Positions 15,101-27,100 of a stretch of 64,000 nt of DNA are shown here, piece by piece. The DNA is taken from the NCBI GenBank assembly GCA_028534125.1, contig CM052817.1, positions 79,548,001-79,612,000 on the forward strand. Direction: 5' to 3'. Position 1 is the first letter of the stretch, and each line of letters starts with the position of its first letter. Source of the stretch: Lama glama. Taxonomy: Eukaryota. Both the position numbers and the translations under genes were made by a program. The notes under the pieces were generated by a model. It saw only the letters and a program-made list of their open reading frames with translations. It was not told the origin of the DNA and did not search any database.

Positions 15101-18100
15101 TAGTTCTGGCAATATTTCAAACTTTTTCATCATTATTATATTTGTTATGGTGATCTGTGATTAGTGATCTTGATGTTACTGTTGCAGAAAGATTATGACT
15201 CACTGAAGGCTCAGGTGATGGTTAGCATTTTTTAGTAATGAAGTATCTTTTAATTAAGGTGTGTGCATTGTTTTTTTAGACATAATGCTGTTGTTGCACA
15301 CTTGATAGACTACAGTATAGTGTAAACATAACTTTTACATACACTGGGAAACCAAAAAATTCCTGTGTCTTGCTTTTTTGTGATATTTGCAATACTGCAA
15401 ATTTATTGCAGTGGTCTGGAACTAAATTCACAATATTTGAAGTATGCCTGTATTTGTAATGTTCCTGCTTATCTTGGCATTCCAGAAGACTGGAATGTGG
15501 TAGAAACATATATACTCAATTTTTAATAAAAGGTTACAGAATGAGTGTGAAGCAAAATTTAGAGGAGGGTAGTGGCAACAAGCAGGTGAATAAAGACTCT
15601 AGACACTTTGAAAGAAATTGTTGGGAGGGCATTTAAAATTAAGATTCCAGAAATAATAGAAAAATGAATGGAATTGAAAAGGGGTATTTAATATAAAAAT
15701 GAATGAAAAGAAATTAATAATAATGGATGAAAACAAGTATTCAATGCTCACTACCCTCATAACTATCTTCTTCTCACCTGCCATTTTTTGTCTCTTATAT
15801 ACACAAACTGAAGCTTGTAACAAAATCATTTGTTCCCAAACAAGCATGCAGTGAAGCCATGCTGATCTTCCAAGACTTGACACAATTCCTTTAATCTAAG
15901 GATTGCTAGAATCTCATACACGTTGCCCTTTTTGAAAGATGAAACATTCTCTTTCTGCTGCACTAGAATCTTGGCATCACTATTTCCTGCAAGGTTCATA
16001 AATCCATAAGTACTTTTGGTGTTTATTCCATTTTTTATATGTTTTAAAGGTGAAATTCATGTTTTTTGAAAGTTGAAGTCATGTACTTTTTTGGAGGGGA
16101 ATAATGTCATGTATACCCATGTCTTAGTGTGTGTATGTATGTATGTATGTATTTAAGTATAGCCAGTTTAGAATGTGTCAGTTTCTGGTGTACAGCATAA
16201 TGTTTCAGTCATACATATGCACACATATTTGTTTTCATATTCTTTTTCATTATAGATTACTACAAGATCAATGTGTTTTGTTAACAACTCTAATCAATTA
16301 TAAAATCAAGGTTTTTTTAAGAAGACTCAAGATTTGATGAAAAATTGATGTATACTTACTTAAGCTTATATTGCATAAAAGTGCTTTAATCTTCAGAATA
16401 CCTGATTTTTCAAGAGTATAGTTTATTAGATACACATTTCACATCAAAGCTTGATTTATTATTAGGTGCTTTTCTTTGCAGAGGATTCCAGTTAGTCAGT
16501 CATGTAAGAAGAAAAATGTAACCTTAAAGAAAAATACTTGCTCTAGAAATTGCTGAAGTTGAATTTTTCAGTTGAAATGAGTTTTCATTTTGGCAAAGCT
16601 TTTTGTCATTCACAAATGAAAAGTAACTCAAGCTTATAAATGATGTCAAGTTAGAAAAATCATGATATTGGCTAATGAGTAGAGTATGTAGCAGATATAA
16701 GGCACTGTTTGGGTTCTTTCAAGCTGTATTAATATCTTGATAAGCTTTTGAACTCTGAACACTTGTTTAGAATGCTGACAGTGTTGTCAACTTGTTGTGG
16801 CTTATTTGTAGCTGGCTTGTCTCTTGGAGTGGGGACAGACATTTGTCTTTCATGTGGTATGCCGGGAGTATGAACTGGAAAGACCAAAATCAGTAATAGT
16901 ATGTCAGCATGGAATTGATCGTCGGTTCTGTGAATCCAAGGTATGTTAACAAATATGTTAGCAGTATTATAAACATTAATCATTTTTCAAAATGAAAGGT
17001 AAGAGATATCAGCTTTAAATCAAATGCACATAATCATCAAGTAAACATCAAAGTTCAGGTTTTTCAATTAATAAAATTACTTTGTAAATTCAGCGCCTCT
17101 TGTTATTGTAGTTGTAAATATCTAAAAGATGAGGTAATTATTAAGATACATATTCACAGATGGAGATATTATAAAATTATATAATATCTCTTACAGTTTT
17201 ACTGTTGACACTCATGTGTTATTGCATTATTACACTCTTTGGGATATGGCTGTGTGTTTATGTAGATTCAGAAATTGAAGGAAGAGGAAGGTTAAATTCC
17301 TTACATCAGATTGTTTGCAGACCTTCTGGAACATACCTGTTCTCCATAATGTGATAAGATATGCTAGGCATTCCCCGAGTTTCCTGACTCCGAATCTTAC
17401 ACTCTTTCCACAATATTACACTACCATGACTAAGGCTTATTGCAGTACCTTCAAGAGGGTTGTGAAAAGTAGATTATAATTCCTAAGATAATATACAGTG
17501 GTAGTGAGATGTAGAGTGTTATTATGTAGTAAATACTGTTCTTTATGAATTTTGGGTTGGGGGACTTTTTTTTAAGTGTACTTATTTCAGAAAACCTGGA
17601 AAACCTGGCTGCTTCAAAAAAGAAAAATAACTTACTCGCTACATAGAAATAGCCATTGACAACAATTAAGTTTTGTTTCTAATTTCTTTCCAATGTGTCT
17701 TTCTTTTTTCTTTTGTTATAGGAACTATAATTGTTTGCTAGTATATTCCTGTGAATTGAAAGTAATTAATTCTGCTTTTAATTTTATGTCCAAAAAAATT
17801 ATAACCTTTGCTTATTTACAGACAACAAGGGAAACAACTGTAGTTGGTAATAAAATTATTTTTTTCTTGTTATAAACACATCGCTAGTCTCCAGGGAATT
17901 CATTCTTTAGTCATTAATTTCTTCTAGATAATTTGTACATGCTTGCAGGCATCTCCTCCTCTTTTTTTTTTTTTTTAGCACTCAAAGATTTTAGGTTGCA
18001 ATGCAGTTTTTTAAAAATCAGCTTTATTGAGGCATAATTTACCTTCAATAAATTCACCCTTTTTAAGTTGCACAGTTTTAATTTTGTCAAGCGTTATATA

Positions 18101-21100
18101 TACTGGTATAATTTTTACCACCACTGAAGATCTAGAACATTTCTTTCACCTTAGAAAATTCCTTTTTGACCCTGTGCAGTCAGCTACTATTCCATGTAAC
18201 CACTGATATGCTTTCTATCATTTTAGATCAGGTTTTTATTTTTTTTTTTCGGCCTATTTTGTGTGGAGGAAACATATTAGTATAGAGCACTGACTGTCTT
18301 GCAAGGCACCTGCTTTCTAGTCCTGCCTTTGTCACTAATGAGCAGGGTACAGACTGTTGGGCTGGTAATTTACTCAGGGCTGCCATTTCCCAAAGAAGTT
18401 CATTGAAGTTGGTGATGTGTATGCTTTCTTCCAGCCTAATCATGACCAAATCTGTGTTTTGAGGAATAAAACAAAAAGAAAATTTGTGTGGATTTTCCTA
18501 GGTATCATCATAAAATTTATATTTCATATACTTGTGGATGTGGGCAAAAATATCATGTGTTTGTGTGTGTGTGTGTGTATGCATGGAGTATGGCATACTC
18601 ATTAAAAAAATTACAAATTTAAACTCCTATACAGTTCTTATAAACCTGTCACATTGTGTATCAGTTTACTTTGGCTGTTCTTTTCAAGTTTCATTAACAA
18701 GTTATATCTGTATTCTGTCAGTTTAAAATTGCCACTTACCACTTTTGAGTGAAAATGGCACATGGTTACTTATATTAGTTTTCTAATCGGTAAGACTTGA
18801 TTGAACTGCTGATTATTTTATCATTAAATATATATATAATTATAAATGTGTATCCTTTATCATTATAAAAAAGTGAAATTTAATTGATATTTTAAAGTAC
18901 ACATGTATGCAGAATTTTATTTATTTAAATAAGCAGATTTTAGTATCAAAATAATGCATAGATGATGATGAATTAAATGTTCAGTGCCTTTTCATTTTAG
19001 CTGAGTTGTATTCCTGGGCCTTGTCCAACTTCAGATGATCTGAAATATACTATGACTCGTTTAGCAGTAGATGGAGCTGATATTTATATTGTGGAGCATG
19101 GCTGTGCTACAAATATAAAGGTACATATTTGCCTATTTCTTGACCAGTGTTAATTCTTTTTCCTTTTTACCAAACCAAACCTCCATTTCTTGAAATAAAA
19201 CACATATTTATAGTTTACCATCTCACAGAATACTACAAAATTCCAGGGGATAACTTTATTTTTTACTTATCCATGTTCTCTTCCAGTCTTATTTTTTTAT
19301 GGCATACTTTACTACTTTTTTACTTTAACTAAATTATTATAACCTTGTTTTATGGCAGGGACATACACTAGTAGGTTGCTTTTATGGCAGGAATGTAAAT
19401 TGGTAAATTTTTTAAAGATTCGATTTGAATGCCTTTAGGTTTTATGCATTTATATTTCCTATCTGTTTCCTGAAAACATTTGTTTGCCACTTCTGCTTTA
19501 AGGGTTACTGTTTAAAATTGAGTCTTGTTAAGATTCTGTGATTTCATTACTTAACTAGCCTTCTAGCTTTTCTTTCTTCCCTGATTTTTCTTTGGCTTTG
19601 TGTTCTTTATTTTTTTATCCTTTTTGTTTTATTTGATTGTTTATCTTTATTCTGTTACATTTACCTTTTCTAGTTCCCCGTTCTCTTTTTTTCCTTTCCC
19701 TTTTCTTCTTCTGTTTTTCATGCAATTTGAAATAATTACCAATTCTGTAGTCTATTGTAAGTTGCTTAAAAATACAGAAACTTCAGTTCTCTTTTTTCAT
19801 TGTCTTCATTCACCTTTAGATGGGTGCAATTCGGGTTGCAAACTGTAATCTCCACAATCAGTCAGTTGGAGAAGGAATAAGTGCTGCAATTCAGGATTTT
19901 CAAGTGAGACAGTACATTGAGCAATTGAACAATTCCAGAGTTGGACTTCAGCCTGCAGTGCTGCGGAGGGCCTACTGGCTTGAAGCCGGGTCAGCCAATT
20001 TAGGACTCATTACTGTTGATATTGCGTTAGCTGCTGATCATCATTCTAAGCATGAGGCACAAAGACATTTCTTAGAAACTCATGATACCAGAACTAAGAG
20101 GTAAGTGAAATTTAAGAATGGTAATAGTCTCAAGTCTAGATAAAAAATATTAGATAATTACAGAGGAAGTTCTACTGTTAGGAATGGAATAAGAACATCT
20201 TAAAGACCTAATATGATTGTGCTGGGTACATCTCAATGACTATTTAAGGGCCTGATATTTAAGTAATTACATTGTATATGTCATCTCTGATGATGGTGTG
20301 GTTGCTGGAAATAACATTATTTTTTGATGTGTTCCTAAGCCATGCTGTGTATGTTAACAGTGAAACAAATTTAAATTACTGGTCCTCAGTTAACATTTTG
20401 TAAAGCATTACACCCTTTCTCTCTCACCACAGCTCTCCTCTTCCAATTTGTCATTCGTAGAAAAACGCCATTGCTAATCACCACTTCTTCTATGGTACTT
20501 CTTTTGTAGGCCTTCACAACTGCAGAGAAGACTAAAAGTACCTAAAGCTTAAGAAATGGTCCTTAAGAAATGATTATATCTGCTTTTTAAAAAGTTGCCG
20601 AAGTTCATTTGTGGAGAATATTGTTTTAAACAACTTTGGTTTCTTTGTTTGCCCTGATAGCTGTTAGTATGAACAGAGTGCCTGTTCTGATAGATCAGGT
20701 GGTAGAGCAAAGTGCTAGTGAAGCTAAGGAGGTGGCTCCATGTGATTTAAGTGGTTCCAGTTGCCTCGTTTAGGTTGGTTTCAGTGCTCTGGTTTGTTAA
20801 GAATTGTGAAGAGTTTGAGATTTCATCCTACTACAAGCCGAAAAATTAGCCTGCAGTTTCACGAGTGCTGGCAGAAGGCATTAGAAACCTGGTAAGAGAC
20901 AGAGGACTTTATTACTCACTGCAAAAGCACTGGCCAGAGTCATATGTGTTTGCATTGGTTCCCTGTGCCCTCCAAGTAGTATTGCCAGATAAAATACAGG
21001 ATGGCCAGATAAAATTGAACTTCAAATAAACAACAAATATGGGGGAGGGTATAACTCAAGTGGTAGAATGCATGGTTAGCATACACGAGGTGGTGGATTC

Positions 21101-24100
21101 AATCCCTGGTACCTTCTCTGAAAAAATAAATAAACCTAATTACCTACCCCCGTCCCTTGCCAAAATAAAAATAGTTACATAGTACAATAATAAATAAATA
21201 CATTTTAAAAAACCAACAACAAATAAGTTTTTAGTATAGGTACGTCCCAAATACTGCATAGGACAAGCTTATTTTTATTTGCTAAACCTGGTACCCCTAT
21301 CCCTGAGTCCCATGGGAGTGACACAGAAGACCCATGATAGATGTTTGCACACTTTGGGATGCATTACAAAAGAGAAACACTGTAATAATAAGTGGAAGCA
21401 AGCTTGCTCTTTTCCAGGGTAAGACATTACCCCATCCTTTAAGGTTGCTCACTATCTGCACAACCCTGAGAAATGGCCTGGTCAGAGCCTTGCATTCTTG
21501 GCGTATCTAGCAAGAATGGGTAGGGGTGTTTAGGGCCCACGGTGAATTGCCTCTCCCTACACGGTAGTTCATTGATCTTCAGCTTTGGCTGCCTTAGTGC
21601 ATGTTTGATTCCCAGAAGTTTTGGGGAGTAGGTATTTTCATTTCTGAAATAACTGGAAAAGTTACTAGACTCATAGACCATTAGTTTCATTAGATCAGTG
21701 TTTCTGAAGAGCATAGTTCCCAAACCAGTACCAACATCTCTTTAGATCTTGTTAATAATCAGGCCTTCCCAGACCTCAGTCAGTAACTCTGGAGGTGGAG
21801 CCCAGCTCTCCATATTTCAATGAGCCCTCCAGGTAATTCTAATGCAAGCTGAAATTTGAGGGCTAGGGCACTGGTTTATATGAAGATAGGGGACGGGAGC
21901 CTCCATTTGTTGTGCAGCTTCTGTATTCCAGATTTTGCATCAGGTGCTTTACGTATGTTACACATATTTTTCCTTCTGTCTTCTCTAGACTGACGTTCCT
22001 CTTCTAACGTCATATATTTATTCCTTCACTTTGAATTTGATATAGTCATTCCATCTCATCTTTCACATGTCATATATTTTTTTGAAAGATTGCCCCTGTT
22101 TTCTTTGTCACAACACCCTGTTCTTTACTTCAGAGTACTTACTGATATTTATGTTCAGATACTCTTGTTGGTGGCCTGTCTTTGCCTCTGTCTGTAAACT
22201 TGGTATGGATAGGCCTATATTAGTTTTGCCTGGCACAATACAAAGTCCCTAATAGATATGTTCAAGAAATATAAATGAATGAATGTAAAATGAAAATGAT
22301 AATACCTATTCTGTCTTTCTAGTGAGATGATGCATGTGAAAATGCTTAGAAAAATGGACTATTAATATGAAGTTTTATTATTTAATGTAAAAAAAAGAAT
22401 AAAGATGTATTACCCAGATTTGTATTATATAATATTTTTTAAGAAAAGCAGGGAGTTAAAATAAATGCTGATGGTTTTGTGTGTGGGTCACTCACAGAAC
22501 CTGAAGCATTTTTATAGACATTTACTTTTATTGTCTAAATTCTTAATACTTCATTCAGAGTCCTTATTACAATATTACTACAATTTTTTTCTCTAAAATA
22601 CAGAATGGTGCATTATTTTTATTTTATTTGAGAAATCTTTCTTGCCCCATATTTATAATATTTTGGTGTACTAAATTTACCATGTAAAACAGGCTCTGAA
22701 GTGTTAAATGTAATAAATTATCTATTAAGCATAATGTATACTTATAGTTTGGTATATTTTTTAGATTAATATTTAAATTCTTTGTTCTTTTGAGAACGTT
22801 TACTGCTGTTTTTAAACTGGATTTAAATGTTTAATTTTTATATATGCTTTTTTTTTGGCTTTTTTTTTCTTTAGTATGTTTTATCTCTTACTATCGTTCC
22901 TACTTATTTTCATCTCACTGTGGTGAGACTTTTTTTTGTTTGCTTGTTTTAGAAAGGCAGAATAATTGAAAAGATACTTACCGGTAAAAATAAATCTGTG
23001 TATTTATGTTTAACTTGTCCTTTGAAAATATTAACAATTAAGTTTAACTGATTATCCGATCAAAAGTTTCTTATTTCTTAATGAGTTTTTGTTACATTAT
23101 TCTTTTGTCTGTTTCATTTTGCATTCTGTTTAGATTGTGGTTTTTGTGGCCAGATGATACCCTGAAGAATAAGAGGTGTAGGAACAAGTGTGGTTGTCTT
23201 GGTGGCTGCAGGTTCTTTGGCGGCACAGTAACTGGCCTAGATTTCTTCAAGCTTGAAGAGCTGACACCTTCCAGTAGCTCTGCATTTTCAAGCACGAGCG
23301 CGGAGTCTGATATGTATTATGGACAGTCTCTGCTGCAGCCTGGAGAATGGATTATTACTAAAGAAGTTCCCAAAATTGTAGATGGTAATGTGTTGTCACT
23401 TGTGCTAATCTTTTACTGTCTTCATCCCTGTGCCATTCTGAGAGAAGTTCAGTGTTACTTTGTTCAACTCAGTTTTTTGAGCATTCTTATTAGTATAACA
23501 TCTCTGTTTTGCAGGTGATTTAACTAAAGCCAGGTAAGACTAATGAGTTTTTCAGAATTGTACGGGGCAAAAATAGGTCTACTATTCAGATGTCCTATTG
23601 TTAACATGGGTGATTTTCCTAGCTCAGCTTACCTAAACATTTCCTTATAAATCAGTATTTCCCTAGAACTCAGATTCCAGAGATATACTTGGGAATAACT
23701 GTGCTTTGAGGTATCGGTTGTTTTACCGGTTTATTTTTATAGGAAAAAGTTGTCAATAGCAATATTTATACCGTTGGCCTTCATGTTATCAACTACTTTT
23801 ACAATATATTCTCTTATCACTAAAATTGTACATGTCAAGAAGAGAAATGTGGTCTTTCCTTAAAGCCTGTAGGATAACTTTGCCAATACATGAGTTTGGT
23901 ATGAGCAGTGAGTGGTGGCTTTAGGAATATTAGATTTAAACTTATCTTGTGTTTTTTCTCCAGAGACTTCAGAAATGCATTTCTCTTTCGGTTTCTTAGT
24001 TGTGTATTTCTGTAATTAAGTGCAGTATTTATTGTTTAAGCTGCCCTGATGTCAGAAAGTAAGATGTAGAAAAGTCTTCATATTTCACCAATATTTAGCT

Positions 24101-27100
24101 TTTTTTTTTCACTTGATCCATTAAAAAATGTTAACTTAGCTCTGCCTGTTGTCAGTAGGCAAAGATAGGAAAGAAATAGTTTTAACTCTCAGAATTTATC
24201 AATTTCCCATGTGTAAGGAGCTCTTAGAGGAAAAAGAGCTGGACTACCACATATGCCAAATTCTTATTTAAATGATTTTTCACTGAATATTAATAAATTT
24301 GCACATGTTATTTTAAGGTTGTTTGACTTCAGCAGTTTTACCAGAATAAGAGCAATTATCTTATAAAATCAGTAAACACCAAAACTTCTTGACATTTAAA
24401 GGACAAGGAAGATGCTAAGTAAAATTTAACTTAGCTGTCTTCTTATAATACTACTTTCTCACATTTGAATAATGTTTGTTTTTAAAATTTTCATACACAT
24501 TTCTTATTTCACCCCCAAGCTACCGTATGATTTCTTTATTTTTCCTGTTTATAGTGAAGTAGATGAGGTTCATCACTGAGACTGAGTTGCATGAAGTCAT
24601 ACAGTCTTGTACATGGCTGAGCAGTAACTGGAATCAGAGTCATTGAAGCCACTTTAGTTCTTCCCACCATACTATGATTGTCACTTATTATGATTTTGCT
24701 TGATTTTCTAACTTGCAGATCAAAATGTAACCATCAAAAACTCAAGGAAGAAAATCTACAGAGAATTTACACAGGATATAAAAGGGGGAAAATAGCAAAT
24801 AACAATGAACAAAGGAAATTTCATTCTAATTCTTATAATGTATAATGAGGAGTGTCTATATCTCTTAGTGATTCTCTCAGGAGTGAGTTGTAATTGGTAA
24901 ATTGCTGTAAGCTTCTTGTGCAGAGAAGATTGGAATTAGTTCCTACATAAGTATCTGACTTTCTGATTGTTTAGTTTTCCAGGAGCCAAGTATAGATACA
25001 CAGTATCAGGATAGAATCAAGGAGGGCATATTGGTAGAACCAAAAATTTCCTTGAAAGGTCAGTGAACACTAATTTTCTATCACTTAAAAGTGAATCAAG
25101 CCCATTTTTCTTTTGAAAGAGATGACTTTTTACCCCTTAAGTTCCATCTAGAACCGCATTCTGCTTAGGGAGATTTTTTTCTCCTATCAGCAGGTTCCTC
25201 TTTCCTGGGTAGCACAAGGAGAGGGGAAGCAGTGCAATGGTTGGTTTTTGGATCTAAGCAGCTGTCAACTCTCCTTTTATACCTCTCCACTCCCAATTTA
25301 CATAACACATCACAGGGCTCTTATAAAAGGCTGAGGAAATGTCAGATTAAAGAAGGCAATGACAACTGAAAGCAATAATAAACAATCCTAGATTGGATCC
25401 TGTACTGGAGAGGGCAAAAGTGCTTTAAAGGATATTACTGGGTCAATGAGAAAATTGGAAAGCACATGGTAGATTAGATAACAGTATGATATAAACACCA
25501 AATGTACCAAGTTGATAATTATACTGTGGTTTTGAATTACTCTTAGGACATAAATGTTTAACTATTTAGGGTAAAAGGCCATGATGTCTGCAGATTACTC
25601 TTAGATGGTTCAAAAAGTATTATGTCTACTGTATATAAGTAGAGCACATTGGGCAAAATGTTTTAAAAAGATAGTTTCAAGTAAAAGATTTTTGGTGGCT
25701 TTGTACCACTCTTGAAAGTTTTTTAAGTTTGAAAATTTTTCATATAAATAGTTTAAAAAAAGAAGAAAAAATTCACTGTCTATGGACTCTGGAGTCATAC
25801 TTATGTTGGTATCTTTCTGTAGTGTTTAGCACATTCCTATGTGCAATTAGTTACTTGTGCTTTTTAAAAATGATTTTATACTTAAAAACAGAGTTGGATT
25901 AAGTTCTCGTATTTTTCATAAATTGCTTTTGAAATGATTACATTTATCTAACCTACTTTTTTGTTCATTTATTTAGGTAATGTGAATGGCATGAAGAGGA
26001 AAGAATGGGAAAACAAATCAGTTGGAATAGAAGTAGAGAGAAAAACTCAGCACCTTAGTCTTCAGGTACCATTACGATCCCATAGCTCGTCCTCGTCCTC
26101 AGAAGAGAACAGCAGTTCGAGTGCTGCACAGCCTCTGTTGGCTGGTGAAAAGGAAAGTCCTTCCTCTGTCGCCGATGACCATTTGGTTCAAAAGGAATTC
26201 TTGCATAGTTCGAAAAGAGATGATGGCCAAGTAAGGTCAGTATGCAGTTAGATTTAGAAATCTGATCATAATAGGATTGTAAATGCTTAAAATTATGGTG
26301 GGAAAAACTTCTCCCCTCTCAGCTCATTCATTGTAGAAAATTTTTTCTCCCCCAAACCTATTTTTAAATATCCATTTGATACTGTTTTTCTGATTACAAA
26401 AGTAATACATATATATTCATTCCAGATATTTGGAAAATACAGGAATATTTCTTGTCATCTCACCACTCAGAGTGAACCAGTTTAACATGTGGATATTATC
26501 TTTCCAGTGTGGTGAATATTTTTTGTCCTTCTCTTGGCCCCTTGATAGTTGGCTACTCACTTCTTAAAACAGACTTTCCTCTTGACGTGATAGCATGTTT
26601 CAGATTTTCTTCCCATCTCCTTGTCTATTCCTTCTCAGTCTCTATTTCCATGTCCTCCATTTTTTTCCCTCCCTTTCTCCTTTCTCTTCCTCTTTCAGCC
26701 TGCCATTTGTTAAATGTTGCTATCCCTCAGGACTCTATTCTGTACCCCTTTCTCCACTCACTGTACTGTTTTCCTAGGCACTTTCAGTAAGTGTTTGGCT
26801 TCAATTATGATCTAACATCTTATACATGTAAAAGCCCCATCCAAAACCTTGGTGCATATAAGCCTAGCTCCTTTCTTAATGTTTTTACACGGATGTTTCA
26901 TGGAGACCTCAAACTCAACATATAACAAACGACCTTGTGCCTATTATGCTCAATTTGTTCTGCCTCAGTAAATGACACTACTACGTCAGTTGCCGAAGTC
27001 AGAAATACTGGGATTATCTATGATTTATTTCTCTCTTTTATTTCCTCTCATTTAATCAGAGGTCCCTGATATATTTTGTTGGACAAGCTTTTAAAAGATA

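Larger units (their letters stand above)
20805..21561 (-). mobile_element. Solo LTR, ERVL class (family uncertain), interrupted by a MER53-like element and a SINE
   Basis: TG..CA termini; reverse strand starts tgtagggagaggcaattcaccgtgggccc..ttcttgctagatacgccaagaatgcaagg; aataaa on the minus strand (actttatt near 20907-20914). Confidence 0.6.
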
